Below, piece after piece: positions 52,747 through 61,170 of a stretch of DNA of 64,000 bases (position 1 is the stretch's first letter; each line of letters starts with the position of its first letter). Position numbers and translations under genes: made by a program. The DNA is from Escherichia virus TH58. The DNA is taken from sequence record MT446423.1. One strand, 5' to 3'. Under the pieces are notes generated by a model, which had not been told where the DNA came from, did not search any database, and worked only from the letters and a program-made list of their open reading frames with translations.

Positions 52747-52928
52747 GTTTAAGCAAAGAACAAAAAGACAAACTCTTTTCTCTTATCCACGAAGTTATGG
52801 ATAAAAACAGTGAATTGGAAAAAGTTTGTGATGAATGCGGTCCTTTTAATGCAAACGAGTACGAAGAACTTTCTAAAGAATTCGATAATAAAGAACAAGA
52901 ACTTATTAATTATATAAATTCCTTATGA
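52737..52928 (+). CDS. hypothetical small acidic protein (tk.2 position)
   Basis: 63 aa; resembles the next ORF. Confidence 0.35.
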   Translation: MVMSLSKEQKDKLFSLIHEVMDKNSELEKVCDECGPFNANEYEELSKEFDNKEQELINYINSL

Positions 52929-53122
52929 TTACTCGCGAACAAAAGAACGAAATATTATTTTTAGTTGGTGAAATTATTAGTTTAGAAAAGGATTTGTCTT
53001 TTGAATTATCTTCTGATTATGGAGATGCCGAAACATATTACGAATTAGTAAAATCTATCGATAAAGCTGAAAATGATTTAGAAACATATTTAGAAAATTT
53101 AACTAAGGACTCTTATGGCTAG
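52925..53122 (+). CDS. hypothetical small acidic protein (tk.1 position)
   Basis: 65 aa. Confidence 0.35.
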   Translation: MITREQKNEILFLVGEIISLEKDLSFELSSDYGDAETYYELVKSIDKAENDLETYLENLTKDSYG

Positions 53123-53696
53123 TTTAATTTTTACATATGCCGCTATGAATGCTGGTAAGTCTGCTTCATTACTTACTGCCGCACATAACTATAAAGAACG
53201 TGGCATGGGTGTATTAGTTCTTAAACCGGCTATTGATACTCGCGATTCAAAAGGTGAAATAGTCTCTCGTATTGGTATTCGTCAAGACGCCAATATAATT
53301 ACAAAAGACATGGATATCTTTGAATTCTATAAATGGGCTGCAGCACAAAAGGATATTCATTGTGTATTTGTTGACGAAGCTCAATTCTTAACTACTGAAA
53401 AGGTGTATCAACTTAGTCGTATTGTTGACGTATACAATGTGCCGGTAATGGCATATGGACTACGAACAGATTTTAAAGGTAATCTATTTGAAGGTTCTCA
53501 AGCATTAATGGCTATTGCCGATAAGCTTGTTGAACTTAAAGGTGTCTGTCATTGTGGTAAAAAGGCCACAATGGTAGCTAGAGTCACGGAAGACGGACTT
53601 CCAATTACAGATGGCAGTCAAATTGAAATTGGTGATACTGATAGATATGTGTCATTATGCCGGAAGCATTGGAATGATTTGACAGGGTTGTTATAA
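53115..53696 (+). CDS. tk: thymidine kinase
   Basis: 193 aa; P-loop AAMNAGKS at N-terminus; CHCGKKA zinc motif. Confidence 0.9.
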   Translation: MASLIFTYAAMNAGKSASLLTAAHNYKERGMGVLVLKPAIDTRDSKGEIVSRIGIRQDANIITKDMDIFEFYKWAAAQKDIHCVFVDEAQFLTTEKVYQLSRIVDVYNVPVMAYGLRTDFKGNLFEGSQALMAIADKLVELKGVCHCGKKATMVARVTEDGLPITDGSQIEIGDTDRYVSLCRKHWNDLTGLL

Positions 53697-53723
53697 ATAC
53701 TAATATCTAACCAAGAGGTATAT

Positions 53724-53936
53724 ATGCAGCAATTAAACGAAAGACAACTTCGTAATCTTACTGTAACCCAATTGGATGAAATCCGAAGAGAATTAGGACA
53801 TTCTATTTCTCATTTAAACGAGGATATCCGTCAAACTGGTTCTAAAGCTGATTATACACGCAAGCGCAAGCTGGAAAAATACCTCACAGATGTTAAGGCC
53901 GTCCAAAGGCGAAAAATAAATACTGGCCAAAATTAA
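53724..53936 (+). CDS. hypothetical protein
   Basis: 70-aa ORF between tk and rI. Confidence 0.4.
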   Translation: MQQLNERQLRNLTVTQLDEIRRELGHSISHLNEDIRQTGSKADYTRKRKLEKYLTDVKAVQRRKINTGQN

Positions 53937-53948
53937 CAGGAGGCCTAT

Positions 53949-54252
53949 ATGGCCTTAAGAGCGATAGCTGTCATGGCGATGCTGGGGTTTTTTTGCAGCA
54001 ACAACTCCTATCGTTGGTACTGCACATATTGACCCATATTTTGATAACTTTATGGAATCAGGGATTAAAAACGTATATACTTTGTTTGAAATTCAAAATG
54101 TCGAGAATTCTGAAAAATTCTATAAGTATATGGCAAAGCATTACAAAAATAGCCCCTGTGATGATGCATTTGAATGTCATGAACAAGGCATAAAAACTGC
54201 CAGACAATTTGCCGAGTTCATGAAAATAAAATTAGAGCCTACATCTATCTAA
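53949..54252 (+). pseudogene. rI: rI lysis-inhibition regulator (antiholin), interrupted by a +1 frameshift in a T7 tract
   Basis: AGGAGG RBS and ATG 53949 give MALRAIAVMAMLGFF then stop at 54030; the RI-like periplasmic domain (DPYFDNFMESGIK...KIKLEPTSI) continues in the +1 frame to 54252; T7 at 53988-53994. Confidence 0.6.
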
Positions 54253-54259
54253 TTTACCT

Positions 54260-54287
54260 GCCCCTTCCGAAAGGTTGGGGCTTTTTG
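54260..54287 (+). terminator. intrinsic terminator GCCCCTTCC-GAAA-GGTTGGGGC plus T-run
   Basis: Copy 3 of the repeated terminator, directly after rI. Confidence 0.7.
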
Positions 54288-54295
54288 TATAAATA
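54288..54295 (+). promoter_or_regulatory. late promoter TATAAATA
   Basis: Perfect TATAAATA 25 nt upstream of ORF 54320. Confidence 0.5.
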
Positions 54296-54319
54296 TCCTT
54301 GTAAACTAAGAGAGGATAT

Positions 54320-54877
54320 ATGAAATTTTTAAAATATGTAAGTTGGGTTGTTCTTGTTCCTATAGATTGGATCGCAGCGATTTTAGCAATTATTCTAGCG
54401 CCATTTGTAGTTCCATTCCATAGTGAAAAAACCGGTAAACTACCTTATGGCTTTAACTGGATGATGACTTACGATAATCCTATCGATGGTGACCGCGGCC
54501 ATGTTGAACGTTGGTCTAAAATACGTAAAATTCCTGTTATAGGTAAATATGCTCAACGCGTAGCTTGGCTATGGCGCAACAAAGCATATAATTTTTCGTA
54601 TCATGTTTTAGGTCGCGAAGCTTCATCAGAATGGCATTATAAAGGCAACGCCGAAACTAAATCTGGATCTCCTGATCCAGCACATCATGGATATCTTTTA
54701 GTTTGGAACGAGTCGGCATGGGGATTATTCGCTGCTATACCTTATCTTAAGGTTGGTGGTATTACATTTTATCTGCGTGTTTACTGTGGTTGGAAACTTA
54801 AGAGTCTTTTGAGTCGTCCTATTCCACGCGCAATGCTTTCATTCCATATCAACCCTTTACGATATTACAAAAACTAA
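54320..54877 (+). CDS. membrane protein
   Basis: 185 aa with N-terminal TM helix, Trp/Tyr-rich; late promoter upstream. Confidence 0.45.
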   Translation: MKFLKYVSWVVLVPIDWIAAILAIILAPFVVPFHSEKTGKLPYGFNWMMTYDNPIDGDRGHVERWSKIRKIPVIGKYAQRVAWLWRNKAYNFSYHVLGREASSEWHYKGNAETKSGSPDPAHHGYLLVWNESAWGLFAAIPYLKVGGITFYLRVYCGWKLKSLLSRPIPRAMLSFHINPLRYYKN

Positions 54878-54882
54878 TCAAA

Positions 54883-54910
54883 GCCCCTTCCGAAAGGTTG
54901 GGGCTTTTTG
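54883..54910 (+). terminator. intrinsic terminator GCCCCTTCC-GAAA-GGTTGGGGC plus T-run
   Basis: Copy 4 of the repeated terminator. Confidence 0.7.
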
Positions 54911-54920
54911 GCATCTATCA

Positions 54921-54950
54921 GTTTACTTCTCCTCAGGTTGTGTTATAGTA
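54921..54950 (+). promoter_or_regulatory. early promoter cassette (GTTTAC ... TGTTATAGTA) with CTCCTC / GAGGAG inverted repeat
   Basis: 3' arm GAGGAG (54965-54970) is the RBS of ORF 54977. Confidence 0.5.
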
Positions 54951-54976
54951 GTCCTTACTTAATAGAGGAGAATGTT

Positions 54977-55156
54977 ATGACACGTAAAGAAAAAATTTCT
55001 AAGTTAATGTTTTTGATTGAAGAGTATGCTAATGCGGTGTCTGATTGGGAAAATGCTCATGGTTGTGAAGATGGAGACATCGACATTAACAGAGCTATGA
55101 AAAAGATGGCTGAAGCCCACACCGAATTGCAAATGTATGTTAACGAGATTATGTGA
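54977..55156 (+). CDS. small acidic protein
   Basis: 59 aa from MTRKEKISKL. Confidence 0.35.
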   Translation: MTRKEKISKLMFLIEEYANAVSDWENAHGCEDGDIDINRAMKKMAEAHTELQMYVNEIM

Positions 55157-55163
55157 GGATATT

Positions 55164-55328
55164 ATGCTTTACGATTATACTGGAAAATCTGAAGACGGTG
55201 TACTTGAACTTTTACCTGAAAGCGCTGAAGATGATATGGTGGTGATATATTGTGTTGGTTGTCAATCAATGCATGATGAAATTTTTAAACGTGAACCAAG
55301 AAACTGTTGGCACAGGAGCATGAGATGA
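55164..55328 (+). CDS. small protein (MLYDYTGKSEDGV family)
   Basis: 54 aa; paralog of 55420 ORF. Confidence 0.35.
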   Translation: MLYDYTGKSEDGVLELLPESAEDDMVVIYCVGCQSMHDEIFKREPRNCWHRSMR

Positions 55329-55420
55329 TTTATTATCTTGAACCTTGGGCTTGGTTAACAATGGCTGTAGGACCTGTTTTAATTGGTTTATTCTTTTCAT
55401 GGTTAGCGAGGAAACTGTAA
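55325..55420 (+). CDS. 31-aa hydrophobic micro-protein
   Basis: MIYYLEPWAWLTMAVGPVLIGLFFSWLARKL; start and stop overlap neighbours. Confidence 0.3.
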   Translation: MIYYLEPWAWLTMAVGPVLIGLFFSWLARKL

Positions 55421-55635
55421 TGTTATATGACCCAAGCGGTTGTTCTGAAGATGGTGTGATTGTTCTGGAGCCTGAGCATCCAGTTGGTGATGTATATCGC
55501 ACCGTTGAAGTATGCGAATGTAATTTCGTTGAAGGTAATACTGGCGGAATTTCCATTGAGCAAGATGATGATGTTATTTACCTGGATGCAAGCCAAGTTG
55601 AAGAGCTTTATCAACATTTAAAACACAATCGGTAG
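55420..55635 (+). CDS. small protein (MLYDPSGCSEDGV family)
   Basis: 71 aa; paralog of 55164 ORF. Confidence 0.35.
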   Translation: MLYDPSGCSEDGVIVLEPEHPVGDVYRTVEVCECNFVEGNTGGISIEQDDDVIYLDASQVEELYQHLKHNR

Positions 55636-55665
55636 TTTACGTTTTGGTAGGACTATGATATAGTA
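55635..55665 (+). promoter_or_regulatory. early promoter cassette (GTTTAC ... TGATATAGTA) with GGTAGGACT / AATCCTACC inverted repeat
   Basis: Family member. Confidence 0.5.
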
Positions 55666-55692
55666 ATCCTACCAAAACAAATGGAGAACAAA

Positions 55693-55803
55693 ATGAAACT
55701 TTTGCTTATCGCTTATGTTGTAGTACAATACAATTATCCGATGTTTACTTATAACATGGTAAACGGCATAGTGAATCTTATTGAAACGAGTATGGTAAAA
55801 TGA
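55693..55803 (+). CDS. 36-aa hydrophobic micro-protein
   Basis: MKLLLIAYVVVQYNYPMF...; GGAG RBS; stop overlaps next ATG. Confidence 0.25.
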   Translation: MKLLLIAYVVVQYNYPMFTYNMVNGIVNLIETSMVK

Positions 55804-55979
55804 CCCGTGAACAAGCTAATAAATTGATGGACCTTATCCATGACTTACGTGAAGCTGATTCAGATTTGAATGATGTAGCTTATCATGCGGTAAATGATAA
55901 CGGAGATTTTTATGAAAATCAGGTTGATGCTTGCCAGAATGCTTTGGTGAATTTTGTTGAAACTTTAATTGGTGAATAA
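55800..55979 (+). CDS. small acidic protein
   Basis: 59 aa from MTREQANKLMDLIHDL. Confidence 0.35.
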   Translation: MTREQANKLMDLIHDLREADSDLNDVAYHAVNDNGDFYENQVDACQNALVNFVETLIGE

Positions 55980-55980
55980 T

Positions 55981-56511
55981 ATGAAAACTGTAATTGAAAC
56001 AACCGAGTTGTTTGGTGATTTATGTATCGAAAAACGTGGTTATGTGTATGTTCTAACACAAGAAGATGATGCTGCTACTATTCTTCCTATGGAACTGGAC
56101 AAGATTTTGAAACTCAATCCACCAGGTCATGCATCTGTAATTAACATCGGTGAAGACCTCCAAGTTCGTTTTTATCATGGACTTTATAGTGGGGTTAATA
56201 TCGAAACTGAAGACGAATGTTTTTCTATTAATAATTGGAAAACATTCGTCACTAAGGTGAAAGAATTAATGGAATCTGAAACAGCCAAAAAGGCCAAACT
56301 TCAATGGGCTAAATGCCGTAATGCTTTTATTACAAATCAGGACCGCCCTGACTATACAACAGTCCTAGGCGTTAATCCTTCTTATGAAGATGGTGATGTC
56401 GTAGTTATTCGTCAAATTGATGACCTTCGTCAACATATCATTACATTAGACAAAGATGAAGCAGTTGCTCTTAAAGCTTATCTTGATTCTATTATCCCGA
56501 CTTTGAAATAA
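55981..56511 (+). CDS. hypothetical protein
   Basis: 176 aa from MKTVIETTEL. Confidence 0.45.
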   Translation: MKTVIETTELFGDLCIEKRGYVYVLTQEDDAATILPMELDKILKLNPPGHASVINIGEDLQVRFYHGLYSGVNIETEDECFSINNWKTFVTKVKELMESETAKKAKLQWAKCRNAFITNQDRPDYTTVLGVNPSYEDGDVVVIRQIDDLRQHIITLDKDEAVALKAYLDSIIPTLK

Positions 56512-56520
56512 GGAATTATT

Positions 56521-56994
56521 ATGATTATCAATGAAAACTCTTGGCACTTTAAAATTTATGCCGCGTTCAATAGTACATGGAATCGCCCTAAAACATTATG
56601 TGCTTATTTTTGGAAAACGTTAATCCCGGTATTGTCTGTTTCAATTATCGGATTTGCGATTTTAGCAGCAGTAACAATCATTGGCCAGGAAATTTTAACT
56701 AAATTCTTTGTTTTTAGCAGTCTATGGACATTAGTTCCAGCCTCAATTGGCGTAGGCATTTTAATGACATCGGTCATGGCTTTTATTTCTGCCGGGTTGA
56801 TAATTGGTCCGTCTTGGTTGTTAGACAAATATAACGACAGAAAATATTATAAAGAAATTGAGTTCATTGCGAAAAACCAAGAACGAATTAAAAATGGACT
56901 TGAGCCTATTGAACGTAAGAAATCATTAATAGGTGAATACCTTAAAGCTCGTAAAGAAAAAGTCTGTCCTACTCTTGAATATAAGGCTAAATGA
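56521..56994 (+). CDS. membrane protein
   Basis: 157 aa with three predicted TM segments. Confidence 0.45.
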   Translation: MIINENSWHFKIYAAFNSTWNRPKTLCAYFWKTLIPVLSVSIIGFAILAAVTIIGQEILTKFFVFSSLWTLVPASIGVGILMTSVMAFISAGLIIGPSWLLDKYNDRKYYKEIEFIAKNQERIKNGLEPIERKKSLIGEYLKARKEKVCPTLEYKAK

Positions 56995-58004
56995 TGAAAA
57001 CAATTGTGAAAACTTATTTTGGTAGCCACCTTTATGGAACGTCTACCCCAGAATCTGACGTCGATTTTAAAGAAATTTATGTCCCTCATGCTCGTGATAT
57101 CTTGACCGGTAACGTTAAAGAACACATGAGCAAGAACACGAATAACACATCTTCTAAGAACACAAAAGACGACGTGGACCATGAGTTGTATAGTCTCAAA
57201 TATTTCTTTAAACTAGCTGCTGAAGGCGAAACCGTTGCTCTGGACATGATTCACACACCGGCTGAAATGGTGGTTAAATCTGATTTACCTGATGTATGGA
57301 AATTTATCCAAGACAATCGTTCACGCTTCTATACAACTAACATGAAAGCCTATTTAGGGTACGTCCGTAAGCAAGCTTCTAAATATGGTGTTAAGGGTTC
57401 TCGTCTGGCTGCTCTGCGTGGTGTACTGGCTATCGTTAACCAGATTCCTGAACAATGGGTTGATTATCAAGAAGGAATCCCTGATAGACTTCGTCGTACT
57501 AAAGTAGAAGATATCAAACACAGACTCCCTGAAAACGAGTTCTGTGAATGGGTATTCCATAACCATGAGAAAACAGGCCCACAAACGTTCTATACTGTTC
57601 TCGGACGTAAGTACCAAACAACGTTATCAATTACAGAGCTCAAGCAATCTCTGAATAAGCTTGATGCTGAATATGGTGAACGTGCTCGTAAGGCAGAAGC
57701 TAACGAAGGTATTGACTGGAAAGCATTGAGTCATGCATGTCGTGGTGGACTTCAACTATTAGAAATTTACAAAACCGGCGACCTGGTTTACCCACTTCAG
57801 GATGCTCCATTTATTCTCGATGTTAAGCTTGGTAAACATACGTTTAAAACTGTACAAGAATTCCTAGAAGATATCGTTGACCAAGTTGAACATGCGTCAG
57901 AACAAGCTGCCAAGAATGGTATGCAGCAAAAAGTAGATATGAGTTTCTGGGATGACTTCCTTGAACAAGTTTACTTAGAAAACCACAATTCGTACTATAA
58001 ATGA
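56991..58004 (+). CDS. Pol-beta superfamily nucleotidyltransferase
   Basis: 337 aa; N-terminal motif YFGSHLYGTSTPESDVDF (GS-x10-DxD). Confidence 0.6.
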   Translation: MMKTIVKTYFGSHLYGTSTPESDVDFKEIYVPHARDILTGNVKEHMSKNTNNTSSKNTKDDVDHELYSLKYFFKLAAEGETVALDMIHTPAEMVVKSDLPDVWKFIQDNRSRFYTTNMKAYLGYVRKQASKYGVKGSRLAALRGVLAIVNQIPEQWVDYQEGIPDRLRRTKVEDIKHRLPENEFCEWVFHNHEKTGPQTFYTVLGRKYQTTLSITELKQSLNKLDAEYGERARKAEANEGIDWKALSHACRGGLQLLEIYKTGDLVYPLQDAPFILDVKLGKHTFKTVQEFLEDIVDQVEHASEQAAKNGMQQKVDMSFWDDFLEQVYLENHNSYYK

Positions 58005-58007
58005 TAA

Positions 58008-58024
58008 GGGCCTTCGGGCCCTTT
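58008..58024 (+). terminator. hairpin GGGCC-TTCG-GGCCC plus TTT
   Basis: Stem-loop directly after the nucleotidyltransferase stop. Confidence 0.5.
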
Positions 58025-58051
58025 AGGGGGTCAAAATATTTTTAAAAAGTA

Positions 58052-58081
58052 GTGTACATGCTTTTAGGATATGTTATTATA
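58052..58081 (+). promoter_or_regulatory. early promoter cassette (GTGTAC ... TGTTATTATA)
   Basis: Family member upstream of the AAA+ gene. Confidence 0.5.
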
Positions 58082-58118
58082 GACCTATCGAAACGAAATG
58101 AGTAAATTGGAGAATAAA

Positions 58119-59099
58119 ATGTTCAACGTTCAAATCAAAAAAGGTATCTATCGTAATAACGAAATCTCTGGTTCTTATGTTGCCACAAAGACATGGTTCC
58201 CGGCAAAGCTTAATCCTGAATGTTCCCACTTAGGTGACGGTAAAATTTTCGTTATGATCGATGGTTCTGAACGTGGAGTATGGGTCTTCAAATCAGACAT
58301 CGTAATGGAAGGAGTTGAGACGTCACCAGTTGCAGTTGTTGAAAGCACTGAAGATATGAAAACTCGTATCAACAAACGCTTTAAAGTAATGAACATGATG
58401 ACGAACGGCATTATCGATGGCAAAATTCGTTCACTCATTATTTCAGGTGCAGCTGGTATTGGTAAGACGTATTCTCTGGATAAAGCACTTAATAATGCTA
58501 ATGATAATGGTTTCATCAAATACAAAAGCATTAATGGTAAAATCTCCGGTATTGGCCTTTACGAACAACTTTGGCTCAACCGTGATGCAGACAGCGTTCT
58601 CTTAATCGACGACGTTGACGTATTCTCGGATATGGACATCTTGAACCTTCTTAAAGCAGCATTAGATACCGGTGATAAACGCAAAGTTTGTTGGAGCACT
58701 GCGTCATCTTATCTCGATGATAAGGGTATTGATAAAGAATTTGAGTTTGAAGGTACTATCGTTTTCATTACAAACGTTGATATCGATAAAGAGTTAGAAC
58801 GTGGTTCGAAACTTGCTCCACACCTTCAAGCTTTAGTATCTCGTTCAGTGTATCTCGACCTTGGAGTACACTCTAATGAAGAGATTATGGTTCGAGTTGA
58901 AGATGTAATATTATCTACTGACATGATGCAGAAACGTGGTCTGACGGATGCAGAAACGTATAAAGCATTGTCCTGGATGAAGGCTAACGTATCTCGTCTT
59001 CGCAATGTATCATTACGTACGGCTCTTTATGTAGCAGATTTTATTTCAACTGATAAAGATGGTTGGGAAGAAATCTCGGAAGTTACTTTACTGAAATAA
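58119..59099 (+). CDS. AAA+/P-loop ATPase
   Basis: Walker A GAAGIGKT, Walker B VLLIDDVD; GGAG RBS before ATG 58119. Confidence 0.55.
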   Translation: MFNVQIKKGIYRNNEISGSYVATKTWFPAKLNPECSHLGDGKIFVMIDGSERGVWVFKSDIVMEGVETSPVAVVESTEDMKTRINKRFKVMNMMTNGIIDGKIRSLIISGAAGIGKTYSLDKALNNANDNGFIKYKSINGKISGIGLYEQLWLNRDADSVLLIDDVDVFSDMDILNLLKAALDTGDKRKVCWSTASSYLDDKGIDKEFEFEGTIVFITNVDIDKELERGSKLAPHLQALVSRSVYLDLGVHSNEEIMVRVEDVILSTDMMQKRGLTDAETYKALSWMKANVSRLRNVSLRTALYVADFISTDKDGWEEISEVTLLK

Positions 59100-59237
59100 G
59101 CTTATAGGAAGTTCTGAGGTAACAAAAGCCATAAAGATGAATAATCATATGGCTTACCTCAAAGAAGGACACCAGGAACCTACTGAGGGCATAGAAATAT
59201 TTAAAAATAATGATGTACAAATCAAAGAGGATATGTT

Positions 59238-59525
59238 ATGGATTTTATGCAAAAAATTAAAGCCGCAGTCGAACTGTATGCTCATCGTATGGTTAGTTCT
59301 ACGATGCAATATAGCGAGGATGTTCGCCAGGACTCTTCCTTGAAAGGAAAAACTAAAGCCTTAATTACCTTAGATCGTTTGCAAAAGAATGCCATAGAGA
59401 TGCTCCAGTACGACAAGGATGCATATAAGAAAGAACAGGAAGAGAAACTTAAATCTGAAAAATTACAGAAAATTCCGAAATCGGTTTGGTTCAGTGGAAA
59501 AAATACCGAAAAAAGTTTCTTTTAG
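59238..59525 (+). CDS. hypothetical protein
   Basis: 95-aa lysine-rich ORF with AAGAGG RBS. Confidence 0.4.
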   Translation: MDFMQKIKAAVELYAHRMVSSTMQYSEDVRQDSSLKGKTKALITLDRLQKNAIEMLQYDKDAYKKEQEEKLKSEKLQKIPKSVWFSGKNTEKSFF

Positions 59526-59527
59526 TT

Positions 59528-59557
59528 GTTTACAAGGTCTATGGTTATGTTATTATA
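59528..59557 (+). promoter_or_regulatory. early promoter cassette (GTTTAC ... TGTTATTATA)
   Basis: Family member; GGAGG RBS follows. Confidence 0.5.
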
Positions 59558-59583
59558 GACCTATCAACTACTGGAGGTAAAAC

Positions 59584-60112
59584 ATGAACGCTAAAGATAT
59601 TTTCAACCTGGTAAATTATAACGACGGTAAATTTAAATCTGAAGCACAAAGCAAGTTCTTTAACGACGTTGCTTATGGTAACGAGATTACCGTGGACGGA
59701 GGTCAGATTTTCAAATCTCGCTGGAATTGGATTGCTATCATCGATTCAGTTGGAATTGTGGAAGTCTACAAAAACACTAGCAAAAAAACGTACATTATTC
59801 TGGTCTCGTGAAACTAACGAGCAGTACAAAAAGGATAAAGCATCTCGTTTATCCAAAGTAACCCAGGAAGATATCGAGTTTATCAAGAAAGATATCGAGA
59901 TGTACGAAAATTTAATCGCTGAAGACCAGGCAGTACTCGATAAGTTTGATGAAATTAAAGCTTCTCGTGAAATCCCTGACTTCATGAAAGAAACAGTAAA
60001 CGAACGATACGCTCTCACTTCAGAACGTATTGCAAACTATACAAAACAGAAAGCAGAACGTATTAGTACTCTTCGGAAATTTGAAGAACGTTTAAAGACG
60101 GTTCACGCATAA
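59584..60112 (+). pseudogene. early ORF split between two frames at an A7 tract
   Basis: Frame 1 (59584-59811) has the RBS and start; frame 2 is open from 59669 to 60112 without its own RBS; A7 at 59782-59788. Confidence 0.4.
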
Positions 60113-60115
60113 ACG

Positions 60116-60139
60116 CTTTACCCAAGGACGGGTTATAAT
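60116..60139 (+). promoter_or_regulatory. possible early promoter (CTTTAC ... TATAAT, short spacer)
   Basis: Truncated relative of the 61171 and 62163 promoters. Confidence 0.3.
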
Positions 60140-60174
60140 GGTTTTGAGTTCCAATTCAATCTGAGGAAATAGTT

Positions 60175-61170
60175 ATGAGCATTACATCTGATGCGGTAAA
60201 ACATGAAATTAACGGTTTATGTGCTTCACAGATTAAAGTGTGGTTTAAAGACCATAATGATCGCAGAGCACTTAATTATGAGCAAATTGCTATCCAAGTT
60301 CATCAATTACTGACTAGTAAATTTGATTTTCATATGCCATCTGAAATCTATACTAATCTACCGCGAGCGCTTATTAAAGCGTGTAAAGGTTACGGAAAAT
60401 CAATGGCCGATGGAATCTTCAGCGCGCTGAATAAACTTAACGTTCTATCGATGATTAACTCTAACAACATCCTGCGTAATCTAGGACGTACTGATTTGTT
60501 CGGTCGTGAACAGTGTAAAATGCCTTTGAAATGGATTGTTGCTCATCTTAACGAGAACCAAACACGTTTTCTGGCCGTATCAGCACGCTTACAAATGGGC
60601 CTAGATCGTCAGATGAACTTTAAAACTCATCCACGTTATTCAGGTTCAACAGACTTTTATAAATGTGAGCTTCAAAAGGTTGCAGGTAAAACTGTCTTAG
60701 TAGTTCGTGTAACGTTTGAAGGACGACGTCAAGGATATTTTGACCTAATCGGCTCCGGTCTTAAACATTGTGGATTTATTGTCGAAGTTGATATCAAGCG
60801 AGACGGCATTGGATACCGTATTGGATATGTTTGTACTCTTAAAGAAGAGATTTCAGGACCAGCACCAGGACTAAAAGACGTTAGATATAAAGACGAGCTC
60901 GTTGAAGAAATAAAAGAAGTTGAATATGATATCAACCAAGAAGATGCTCTTAAAGACCTTATTGATGAACTAAACCAAGACGTTATTCCGGTTCAGAAAT
61001 TTGAATCAAAACATGCTGAGCAAATCAAATACTTTGAAGCTTTGATTAACGAACTTAATGTAACTATTCAACAGACTGACGACGAAATCTCACGATTAGC
61101 AGGCTTAAACGGTAAAAATAAAACAGAACGAGCTAATCTTATTCAAGTAGTAAAACTTCTTAAGGAATGA
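60175..61170 (+). CDS. hypothetical protein with C-terminal coiled coil
   Basis: 331-aa ORF. Confidence 0.45.
   Translation: MSITSDAVKHEINGLCASQIKVWFKDHNDRRALNYEQIAIQVHQLLTSKFDFHMPSEIYTNLPRALIKACKGYGKSMADGIFSALNKLNVLSMINSNNILRNLGRTDLFGREQCKMPLKWIVAHLNENQTRFLAVSARLQMGLDRQMNFKTHPRYSGSTDFYKCELQKVAGKTVLVVRVTFEGRRQGYFDLIGSGLKHCGFIVEVDIKRDGIGYRIGYVCTLKEEISGPAPGLKDVRYKDELVEEIKEVEYDINQEDALKDLIDELNQDVIPVQKFESKHAEQIKYFEALINELNVTIQQTDDEISRLAGLNGKNKTERANLIQVVKLLKE

Noticed and set aside
53993-54193. 66-aa ORF with TTG start in the rI region
   Set aside because: It is a third-frame read across the rI locus; the region is explained by the frameshifted rI gene.
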